A stretch of DNA of 64,000 nucleotides from Candidatus Aminicenantes bacterium (GTDB lineage: Bacteria > Acidobacteriota > Aminicenantia > Aminicenantales > Aminicenantaceae), in NCBI GenBank assembly GCA_016927475.1, contig JAFGMO010000009.1:1789-65788 (forward strand), given 5' to 3'. The stretch's first letter is position 1. Every line of letters starts with the position of its first letter. Below are positions 28,565 through 36,561 of this stretch, one piece after another. The notes below the pieces were generated by a model. That model did not search any database, was not told the DNA's origin, and saw only the letters and a list, made by a program, of their open reading frames with translations. The translations under genes were made by a program, and so were the position numbers.

Positions 28565-29211
28565 TTTAGTACCTCTTCACTTTTTTATTATTGAGAATAT
28601 CTATTCTTAGTGTGACTCTCTGTCGGTTTTTCGGTTTCTATAATATCTATACGTTCCTTTCATCAATTTAGTTACACATGCTTATCTCACAAAATCACAT
28701 ATTATTAAAAAAATATATTTCAAGGAGTTTCAAATTCAAATCACTCTAAATCATTTCTAAACAAAAAGAACCCGCTTTATTAAAAATCTAGAGTGACCAA
28801 AATATATGCAATTTCCCATAATATCAATCGATTCAAGAAATTAAACAAGGTTATCACCACCTTTTCAACATACTTATGCACAGAAAAAGTGGAAAAGAGA
28901 TCCTTCATTTTTTTGTTTATTGTATTGTCAAGCACAAAAAGACATGAAGAATCGAATAATAGAAGAAAAGGGCCGGCTCGGCGAAGGGGCTTCCAACTAA
29001 ATCGCCAGCGATATTGAAGAAGATCCGTGATACAATTCCCCAAAGGTTGATGCTCTTTATCTTTTGAAAATCTTAAAAAAAATTGACTTGAATGGTCAAT
29101 TTCCATATATTGCCCTTAACCGATAACTTTTAAGAGGGATTTACTTTTCTTGAAAGGCATTTCTTTTACTACCTGAAATCGATGTTACCATCGAAACAAG
29201 GAGGGAAGAGT

Positions 29212-30615
29212 ATGGACAAAAACGTTAATAAAAGCATAAAGCCGGTAACACATTCAAACACCGGCCTGTTTTACAAGATCTTCAAACTCTTTACCGAAAT
29301 TCGGCCCGGCGAAGAAGCCGTTACATTTCTTTTAATGCTTAATATCTTTCTTATCTTCACAGCCTATTACATCATCAAACCCGTCCGGGAAGCCCTCATC
29401 CTCGCCGGAAAGGGAGTTGAATTCAAAAGTTATCTATCCGCCGTCATGGTCGTTCTTCTTATTTTTGTCGTCAAGGCCTACAGTGCCATCAGCTCCCGCG
29501 TTTCCCGCCAGAAGCTCATCTCCTGGGTTACAATCTTTTTTATTTCCAACCTGGTCATTTTTTATGTTTTTTCTCTTCTTGGAATCGGTCTGGGAACCAT
29601 GGGCATCATCTTTTTTGTCTGGATCGGTATCTTCAACCTTATGGTTCCAGCACAGTTTTGGGGTTTCGCCAATGACATCTTCACTCCGGAAGCTGGTAAG
29701 AGGCTACTGCCCATCGTCGCCTTTGGAGCCACTTTCGGGGCCTTCTCGGGAAGCACCATCGCCCGATGGCTGGTAACCTCCCTGGGAGTTTACCAGATGA
29801 TGCTTTTTTCCGCAGGTATTCTGGTCCTCTGTATTTTTTTAAGTTTAATCGTTCACCGTATTGACCTCAAAAAAAACCCTTTTCGCGCTTCAGGCGCGGA
29901 ACCCGCGGCTGTTACCAACGAACATGAAAAGGAAAAACCGCTGGATAAAACCGGCGGATTTAAGCTGATTTTCAAGAAAAGGTACCTGCTCTATATCGCC
30001 CTTTTTGTCCTTTTCCTGAACTTTGTCAACACCAACGGCGAGTATATGCTCGGAGATATCGCTTCCCTCTGGGCAAATAACACCGTTAATGCAGGAACTG
30101 CAGCCGGTCTGAGTCTGGACCAGATGATAGGAAAATTTTACGCCGAATTTTTCCAGGTCGTCAATTTCCTTACTCTCTTTATCCAACTAGTTCTGGTTTC
30201 CCGTATTTTCAAATGGTTCGGTGTAAGGATTGCCGTCCTCATCCTTCCTATTATCGCCCTGGGTGGTTACAGTCTCATCGGCATCGGAGCCACTCTGGCC
30301 ATCATCAAATGGACAAAAATACTGGAAAACAGCACGGATTATTCATTGATGAATACGACACGCCATGCCCTTTTTCTCGTGACAACAAGAGAAGAAAAAT
30401 ACAAGGCCAAAGCGGCCGTCGCCACCTTTTTTCACCGGGCGGGAGATATTTTATCCGCATTGATCGTCTATTTGGGTATCCATCATCTGGCTTTCAACCT
30501 GGAAAAATTCGGTTTGTTCAACGTGGCTCTGGTTGCTGTTATGTTGGTTTTCGGATTCATCATCATGCGTGAGCACAAACGCATCACAGCAAAGAATTCT
30601 ATCGCAAATCCTTGA
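29212..30615 (+). CDS. NTT/TLC-family (Npt1/Npt2, ATP/ADP-translocase-like) MFS transporter
   Basis: YYIIKPVREALI, QFWGFANDIF..GKRLLP, KILENSTDYSLMNT, TTREEKYKAK..FFHRAGD; about 12 TM; no HEAT/cNMP extension. RBS GGAGG before ATG 29212. Confidence 0.85.
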   Translation: MDKNVNKSIKPVTHSNTGLFYKIFKLFTEIRPGEEAVTFLLMLNIFLIFTAYYIIKPVREALILAGKGVEFKSYLSAVMVVLLIFVVKAYSAISSRVSRQKLISWVTIFFISNLVIFYVFSLLGIGLGTMGIIFFVWIGIFNLMVPAQFWGFANDIFTPEAGKRLLPIVAFGATFGAFSGSTIARWLVTSLGVYQMMLFSAGILVLCIFLSLIVHRIDLKKNPFRASGAEPAAVTNEHEKEKPLDKTGGFKLIFKKRYLLYIALFVLFLNFVNTNGEYMLGDIASLWANNTVNAGTAAGLSLDQMIGKFYAEFFQVVNFLTLFIQLVLVSRIFKWFGVRIAVLILPIIALGGYSLIGIGATLAIIKWTKILENSTDYSLMNTTRHALFLVTTREEKYKAKAAVATFFHRAGDILSALIVYLGIHHLAFNLEKFGLFNVALVAVMLVFGFIIMREHKRITAKNSIANP

Positions 30616-31450
30616 CCTTAAGAATTCCCCCTGAATCCTGGGCGATGTAAAGAAAACCTTCATCATCGAGGGCGATACCTTCCTGGTTATCTCCAAGAAA
30701 AGCATAGGCACGGACTAGTGCGCCTTGAAGCGTTACTTCAAACAGGATGTTATCCGCATCGCTGACAATATTCAAAAAGCCGGATCTTTTGTCGAAGCAC
30801 ATAGCGGCCGGATCGTCGATTCTGACGGAAAAAACCCGAAGAATGCGGGCTTCGGCAGTTTCTCCCCGAGCGGATTTGAGTGGAACATCCAATTCCATAA
30901 TACAGGAAGGATCCCACTGATTTCCCGCATAGAACGTTCCTCCTTCCGGATGAGAGGCGTTCGGGACAAATTCAAGACACTCGATACCGTTGTCATAAGC
31001 ATCTTCCTGCTTCTGTAGAAAAAAAGGATCATCCTTATAGCGGCGGTTGACGGTGAATCTCCGGGTTATCCTTTTTTCATCCGGATCAAACTCAAGGATA
31101 ACATCATCCCCTTCGACGACAATATAAAGAAGGCCCGTCCCAGGATCGACAGTGATGCCTTCCAGATCTCCAGGAACACGGTGATTGGCTACAGGCCGGC
31201 CTTCCTTTGTTATCTCAGCGACTTCCCCTTCATCGCTGACGACAAAGAGAGTTTTACGCAGGGGGTGAAAGCAGATTCCGGAGGGTTCCGTAAAATTCTG
31301 CTGGTCGATATTCCCGCCGAATCCAGGTTCGTCCAACCAGAGATAAGGAAACCTTATCGAGGATGACTGTTTTCCAGGAGAACAAACCAAAGCCAGCATG
31401 GATAACAAAACGACAACGGTGCTTTTCATTGTCAAATATTTTTTTCTCAT
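30599..31450 (-). CDS. SdiA-regulated/YjiK-like beta-propeller lipoprotein
   Basis: Lipoprotein-like signal (LALVCS); repeats EPSGICF..LFVVSDE, DLEGITVD, NGIECLEF, QEGIALD. Overlaps the NTT 3' end by 17 bp, convergent. Confidence 0.72.
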   Translation of the reverse strand: MRKKYLTMKSTVVVLLSMLALVCSPGKQSSSIRFPYLWLDEPGFGGNIDQQNFTEPSGICFHPLRKTLFVVSDEGEVAEITKEGRPVANHRVPGDLEGITVDPGTGLLYIVVEGDDVILEFDPDEKRITRRFTVNRRYKDDPFFLQKQEDAYDNGIECLEFVPNASHPEGGTFYAGNQWDPSCIMELDVPLKSARGETAEARILRVFSVRIDDPAAMCFDKRSGFLNIVSDADNILFEVTLQGALVRAYAFLGDNQEGIALDDEGFLYIAQDSGGILKVKDLR

Positions 31451-31599
31451 GATGATAGCCGGTTTTTATCAGCTGGTTAAAAGTTTATATCATTATTTTT
31501 TCTCAATTTCTAGAAAATTTTTAACATTGATTTTCTAAAGATAGCTTTATATAATAAGCCCGCTTTGTTGGGGATAATTTGCCAGCCACGGAGTGCGTT

Positions 31600-32418
31600 A
31601 TGAGATATAAAGCATTTTTCTGCCTGTTTTTTCTTTTGTTCTTTCCCATTTTTTCCGCTTTCGGCCAATTCAATCCTGAAGAACTAGCCGAAAGAGAAAA
31701 CATCGAGGTTTTTCTCAAAAACGCCGAAATTATCCTTTTCAAAGAAATCGGAGAGGGCGTCACCAAACCCTATAAACTTACTCTGAGAAAAAACGGCGAG
31801 GAGATGGAAGGTTGCTGGAAAAACCCTTACGGTATTCAAAAAGGACACCTTGAAGGCTGGCAGTACGAAATCGCCGCTTACCGTATGGATAAACTGCTTA
31901 ATTTGAACATGATCCCTCCGACTGTCGAACGCGAATTTCAGGGAAAAAGAGGGTCCCTGCAGTTTTGGGTGGATACGGCTTTAAGCGAATTAGACAGAAT
32001 GGAAAATAACATCAACATACCTCGATACAAGCTCCCACACTGGAACAAGATGAAATATCTCACCCGGGCTTTTGACTGCCTCATCGCAAATGAGGACCGA
32101 ACACAGCAAAACATGCGCTACACCGAAGACTGGAGGACCCTTCTTATCGATCATTCCCGTTCATTCCGCTCCAAGCGTAAATACAGGAAACAATTGATGT
32201 ATGGAAAAAACGGCCTTAAAGCCATCCAGCTTTTTCGCATTTTACCACGCTCGTTTGTCCAAAAAGTGGAAGAGCTGACCTTTGAAAATATTAGAAGCGC
32301 CGTCGGTTCAACTCTCAGCGATGAGGAAATTGAAGCCTTACTTGAAAGAAAGGAGCTTCTTCTCAAAGAAATTCAAGAAATGATCAAGGATAAAGGAAAA
32401 GCAAAGGTTCTCTATTAA
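31600..32418 (+). CDS. Secreted atypical kinase-like protein (PI3/PI4-kinase/HipA-like fold), paralog 1
   Basis: Signal peptide MRYKAFFCLFFLLFFPIFSAFG; IGEGVTKP (Gly loop), WK, YEIAAY, MIPPTVER, FDCLIANEDRTQQN, LIDHS. Confidence 0.75.
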   Translation: MRYKAFFCLFFLLFFPIFSAFGQFNPEELAERENIEVFLKNAEIILFKEIGEGVTKPYKLTLRKNGEEMEGCWKNPYGIQKGHLEGWQYEIAAYRMDKLLNLNMIPPTVEREFQGKRGSLQFWVDTALSELDRMENNINIPRYKLPHWNKMKYLTRAFDCLIANEDRTQQNMRYTEDWRTLLIDHSRSFRSKRKYRKQLMYGKNGLKAIQLFRILPRSFVQKVEELTFENIRSAVGSTLSDEEIEALLERKELLLKEIQEMIKDKGKAKVLY

Positions 32419-32446
32419 AAAGAAAATTTTTGTTAAAATGGATTAA

Positions 32447-32716
32447 CTTGTATTATTCACGAGCCAAGCTTGCCGCAGGGGCTAGGTTGGGTCGGCGTGA
32501 GGCGTCAGCCTGTGAAGCTGTGCTTGGCACCGCTAACAGGCTGCAACAAAGCAGATGCGGTGAGATCAGCTCGCCTGGAAGGATAATTTGGCCGACATTT
32601 TCTTGAAAACAGTCATGGAAAACGTTTCATTATCAATTTTAACGAAAATCACCATTAAATGACACATAATATTGAAATTATCTGTTGGTGTCGGCCAGAT
32701 TTATGAATAATGCAGG
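32447..32716 (+). repeat. Structured non-coding repeat, copy 2 (270 bp, MITE-like)
   Basis: Ends CTTGTATTATTCA / TGAATAATGCAGG (13 bp, two G.U-type differences); flanked by TTAA on both sides; inner stems CAGCCTGT/ACAGGCTG and AATTTGGCCGACA/TGTCGGCCAGATT. Confidence 0.85.
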
Positions 32717-32744
32717 TTAACTTGAATAGTGCAGGGAGGGCAAC

Positions 32745-33569
32745 ATGAAAAAAATATGGACACCATTCATTCTTGTTTTGATTCTGGGGATCGGAATCGA
32801 ACCTTTGGCCCAATTCACAGCCGAAGAAGTCGCTGAGTTCGCCAAATGGGAAGACTTCCTGGCGACAGCCGAGATCGTAGAACAAGAGCAGATGGGCGGC
32901 CGGCTGGCCGTAACCGAACCCTGGAAACTGACCCTGGAAAAAGACGGGATTCGAAGAAATGCCCTATGGAAAGACGTCCAGGGCCGCCAAAAAGGATATC
33001 TTGAAAACTGGAGATGGGAAATAGCAGCCTATAGATTGAGCAATTATCTCGGCTTGAACATGGTCGCTCCGACCGTGGAACGCCGGTTCCAAGGAAACAG
33101 GGGCTCCATTCAGCTCTGGGTCGATTCTGAAATGTCTTACAGGGATAAAATTGAAAATGACGTCAAAACTCCTTCTTATAAAGTTTTTTATTTTAACAGG
33201 GCCGTTTATCTCCAGCGGGCCTTCGACAACCTCATCGCCAACGAAGATCGTCACATGGGCAATATCCTAATCACCAAGGATTGGCGTTTTATTCTCATCG
33301 ATCACTCCCGCACTTTCCGAACCTCGGGAAAATTTACCAAAAACCTCATCAACACTTCCAAATCGAGAGAAGGCAACAAGGAAATGAAACAACTCCCCAG
33401 GGATTTTGTCGACAAAATTAAGGAGCTCACCGCGGAAAAACTCAAAGAAATCGTCGGAGAATATCTCGATGACAAAGAGATCGAAGCCGTTATGAAAAGG
33501 AAAGTCCTGATTCTTGAAGAAATTGATAAGATTATCAAGAGGGACGGAGAAGACAAAGTCCTCTATTAA
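32745..33569 (+). CDS. Secreted atypical kinase-like protein (PI3/PI4-kinase/HipA-like fold), paralog 2
   Basis: Signal peptide MKKIWTPFILVLILGIGIEPLA; ALWK, WEIAAY, MVAPTVER, FDNLIANEDRHMGN, LIDHS; clearly homologous to 31600..32418 end to end. Confidence 0.78.
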   Translation: MKKIWTPFILVLILGIGIEPLAQFTAEEVAEFAKWEDFLATAEIVEQEQMGGRLAVTEPWKLTLEKDGIRRNALWKDVQGRQKGYLENWRWEIAAYRLSNYLGLNMVAPTVERRFQGNRGSIQLWVDSEMSYRDKIENDVKTPSYKVFYFNRAVYLQRAFDNLIANEDRHMGNILITKDWRFILIDHSRTFRTSGKFTKNLINTSKSREGNKEMKQLPRDFVDKIKELTAEKLKEIVGEYLDDKEIEAVMKRKVLILEEIDKIIKRDGEDKVLY

Positions 33570-33580
33570 TAGCGCAGGTT

Positions 33581-33835
33581 CCTGCGCTTTTCACGAGTCG
33601 AGATTACTGCGGATTCGAGGCGTCGATGGATGAAGCTGTGCTCGGCACCGCGAATCCATCGCAACGAAGCAGACGCGGTGAGATTCGGCTCGCCTGAAAG
33701 GTAAATTTTGCCAACGGTTTATTGAAAAGGTCTACGGCAAATGTACCATTCTCGATTCTGTGGAAAAATATCATTCACTGATAGATAACATTGAAATTTT
33801 ATTTTGGTGTCGGCAAAATTTATGAAAAGCGCAGG
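33581..33835 (+). repeat. Structured non-coding repeat, copy 3 (255 bp, MITE-like)
   Basis: Perfect 13-bp TIR CCTGCGCTTTTCA (33581-33593) / TGAAAAGCGCAGG (33823-33835); inner stem CGATGGAT/ATCCATCG; right end abuts the TGA of 33836..34243. Confidence 0.85.
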
Positions 33836-34243
33836 TCAGAGGTGTTTGACCATTAGCAGCACATTGTGATTCCCATCACGTTTATAAGTAAATTCGTCCA
33901 TCAACTGCCGGGAAAGATGGATGCCCATTCCTCCCTTTAAATTTTCCTTGATCATTCTTTCAACCTGAGGTTTTTCGGCGGTATGGGGATCAAAAGGAAA
34001 TCCAGAGTCTTTAACTTCTAAAAATACCTTTTTCTTATTGGTCCATACACGGATGATGATGTCCCCTTTTTCCTTCGGATATGCATAGCGGATGATATTA
34101 ACGCATATTTCATGCAGAGCAAGCTCAATTTGAAAGTATGTGTCTTCTGAAATCGTGAGTTTCTTGAGTGTTTCTTTTAAAAACGCCCGGATTTTATCCA
34201 ACTCGGCCATATCGCTGGAAACGGTGAGTTGTTTCATGAACAT
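33836..34243 (-). CDS. RsbW-like anti-sigma factor / ATP-binding protein (HATPase_c_2)
   Basis: IELALHEICVNIIRYAY, EVKDSGFPFDP, GGMGIHL..LMDE..Y. Confidence 0.88.
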   Translation of the reverse strand: MFMKQLTVSSDMAELDKIRAFLKETLKKLTISEDTYFQIELALHEICVNIIRYAYPKEKGDIIIRVWTNKKKVFLEVKDSGFPFDPHTAEKPQVERMIKENLKGGMGIHLSRQLMDEFTYKRDGNHNVLLMVKHL

Positions 34244-34377
34244 TCACTCAATATCGATCGTTATTGTTATAGGACATTTTTTTCTAGTTCTCGAATTTTA
34301 ATTTTCATGAATAATATCATGTCAAATGCATATAATGCAATATTAAGCCTTGTGAACCTAAAGCCTTAAAAAATCTG

Positions 34378-35511
34378 TCAGCAGCCAACCTTGTAAATAA
34401 TATGCTCCCGGTAGCCGGTCACAACCCTGTACCATCCGGAAAGGAGGTTATCCAATTCTGTGTCTCCCGTATCGACCCACATCGGGCGGCCAAAAAGTCC
34501 GTGTATTTTATGGGGAGTGGCAACGATTATCATATTTTTCTTACCTACCATCCGCATAACATCAGGACTGATTGGTTGGTTTCCCCGGCCTAAAAGGCAA
34601 CCCTGTCCACCGATCGGAGTCAGAATAAGCCTGACTGAACGGTATTTAATCATTGACAACAATTCCGCTTCGTTTAGATCTTTCGCCTCAAGACATTTCC
34701 TGTAAAGAAGGTCGACACCCAGAAGTGATCCTTCTGTCCCCAGCCGCCGTAATATCTCACGGGTGGTTGTCCCGGGGCCTATGATATAGACATGCTCGTT
34801 ATCCATATGTTCCACAACTTCAGCTGCAGAGGCTTGTTGCTGGTAGCGTTCCCCAGCGGGGCTGGCTGATTTTTTCCCCTGAATAAACCTTTTTTGGAAC
34901 GGAATGTGAAGATAACCGTAAAGTTGTGCTGAAAGAACGCCTTGTCTGTACAAATTTTCATCAATATCCATCACTTCCGCTGTGATAATATCCTTAGCTC
35001 TATTGTTTAAAAAGGCAGCGGCCAGCTCCCCTGCGCTTTCTGGATGAGAGGAAAACACGGCCGAGTGAATCTTGACACCGGCCGGTATGCCCAATACCAC
35101 CAGAGATTCACCCACTTCTTGAAAAATATCCCTGGCTGTTCCATCACCTCCAGCAAAGAGCAGCAAATCGACGCCCCGTTCTTTCATTTCCCGGGCCGCC
35201 AGCCTTGTATCTGCGGCAGATGTTTGTGAACCCGTATCCCTTCCAACCAGGATAGGTTCAAAACCGGCCTTTCGCGCGGCTTCCTCACCCATTTCCCGGG
35301 GACAGGTTAAAATATCAATGCGGTTGCGAAGAGTTTTTAGTTTTTTCAGAGCTTCAAAAGCCCGCATTCCCGACCGGGGAACAGCTCCCCTTCTTTTTGC
35401 TTCCATCAGCACTTCCAGGCCATCAGTGCCTTTAAGACCGACCCGGCCCCCCATTCCGGCGATGGGATTGACAATCAGCCCCAGCTTTCGTTTCTGATCA
35501 AAGGTATCCAT
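34378..35511 (-). CDS. ATP-NAD kinase family protein
   Basis: LIVNPIAGMGGRVGLKGTDG, FAGGDGTARD, GIPAGVKIHS, TLLG-like SLLGVD, GQGCLLGRGNQPIS. Confidence 0.88.
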   Translation of the reverse strand: MDTFDQKRKLGLIVNPIAGMGGRVGLKGTDGLEVLMEAKRRGAVPRSGMRAFEALKKLKTLRNRIDILTCPREMGEEAARKAGFEPILVGRDTGSQTSAADTRLAAREMKERGVDLLLFAGGDGTARDIFQEVGESLVVLGIPAGVKIHSAVFSSHPESAGELAAAFLNNRAKDIITAEVMDIDENLYRQGVLSAQLYGYLHIPFQKRFIQGKKSASPAGERYQQQASAAEVVEHMDNEHVYIIGPGTTTREILRRLGTEGSLLGVDLLYRKCLEAKDLNEAELLSMIKYRSVRLILTPIGGQGCLLGRGNQPISPDVMRMVGKKNMIIVATPHKIHGLFGRPMWVDTGDTELDNLLSGWYRVVTGYREHIIYKVGC

Positions 35512-35639
35512 AAGGACCTATTTGCGCAAAAAGGGATCTAAACAGCATTTTTTTGGTTTCAGCTTAAAACTGGTATCTTTTTAGTTCTTATCCATCCAGC
35601 TTGCATCATTTAGACAGGCGGACAAAATCAGGCCGATGT

Positions 35640-36548
35640 TTATCCTCCGGTTTCTTTCGGTAGTTGGCGTCCCGAGTCCAGAAATCTCATTTGGGCGGCC
35701 TGGAAACCTATAGTCAACCAGCTTCGGGCTAAGATGAAAATCTGCCCCAAGACAAAAGCCGCAAGAACCATCACCATGGTATGCCTGGATATAAAAGAAT
35801 CGAGCAGCCAGTAAGCGATCGTGATCAAAACACCGGTAATAACCAAAAGATAATAAAGTCCCAACGTTCGGCCGATCTTATTCTGAACGAATCCCAGGGC
35901 CCAAAACATATTCTGAAAAACTTTCTTTGAATTTTCCAGGACAATTTTGATTCGTGCGTAATCCAGAACCATAAGAACAAAAAAATAGAAGAAGAAAAAA
36001 ACCACCAGCCGGGCCCAAAACATATAAAAGATCATCCTCTCGTTGTCACCGCTGGAAGTCACGATGCCTACCAAAAAATGAAAAATAGCGTTGATCAAAA
36101 CAAAGCCCGCCCACAAAATCAGCGAATAGATCATCAGCCTGAAAAAACGGCCGAAAAACCGCCCGGCTCCTCTGAAAAATATCGAGGCGAATCTTTCCTT
36201 GTTTTTTTCGGTAGAAGAAGGAAGGGATTCCGCCAGGGAAAAAAGAATCCCACCTCTCAGAAAGAGAGAGGCCAGGATGTAAAGGAAGAAAAGAATAATC
36301 GCCACAGAAAAAATCGTTCCTGCTTGACCGCCATGATGCGTCAAAATATCCAGGATGACGTTAAAATCTCCCTTTTTTATCAAGCTCTCCGCTATACCGC
36401 TTCGGCTGAGAACATCGGTCAGAAATCCGGAGACAAGAAAATATAAGACCGAAGCAAACAAAAAATTAACCAGCCACAGAACAAAGACCATCTTGGGCCG
36501 CAATACGGCATCTTTGATTCCCGAAAAAAAGCTTTTCCATACTTTCAT
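35640..36548 (-). CDS. Hypothetical multi-pass membrane protein
   Basis: 302 aa with about 6 hydrophobic helices; directly downstream of the M1 peptidase gene. Confidence 0.75.
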   Translation of the reverse strand: MKVWKSFFSGIKDAVLRPKMVFVLWLVNFLFASVLYFLVSGFLTDVLSRSGIAESLIKKGDFNVILDILTHHGGQAGTIFSVAIILFFLYILASLFLRGGILFSLAESLPSSTEKNKERFASIFFRGAGRFFGRFFRLMIYSLILWAGFVLINAIFHFLVGIVTSSGDNERMIFYMFWARLVVFFFFYFFVLMVLDYARIKIVLENSKKVFQNMFWALGFVQNKIGRTLGLYYLLVITGVLITIAYWLLDSFISRHTMVMVLAAFVLGQIFILARSWLTIGFQAAQMRFLDSGRQLPKETGG

Positions 36549-36561
36549 TTTCTGCCTCCTG

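Noticed and set aside
28075-29200. Prophage or genomic-island integration at tRNA-Arg
   Set aside because: No integrase and no duplicated tRNA 3' end seen in the window.
33836-34243. RsbW-like gene as part of the kinase/NTT system
   Set aside because: Convergent orientation, separated by a repeat copy, cytoplasmic, and no STAS or sigma partner nearby; no evidence of linkage.
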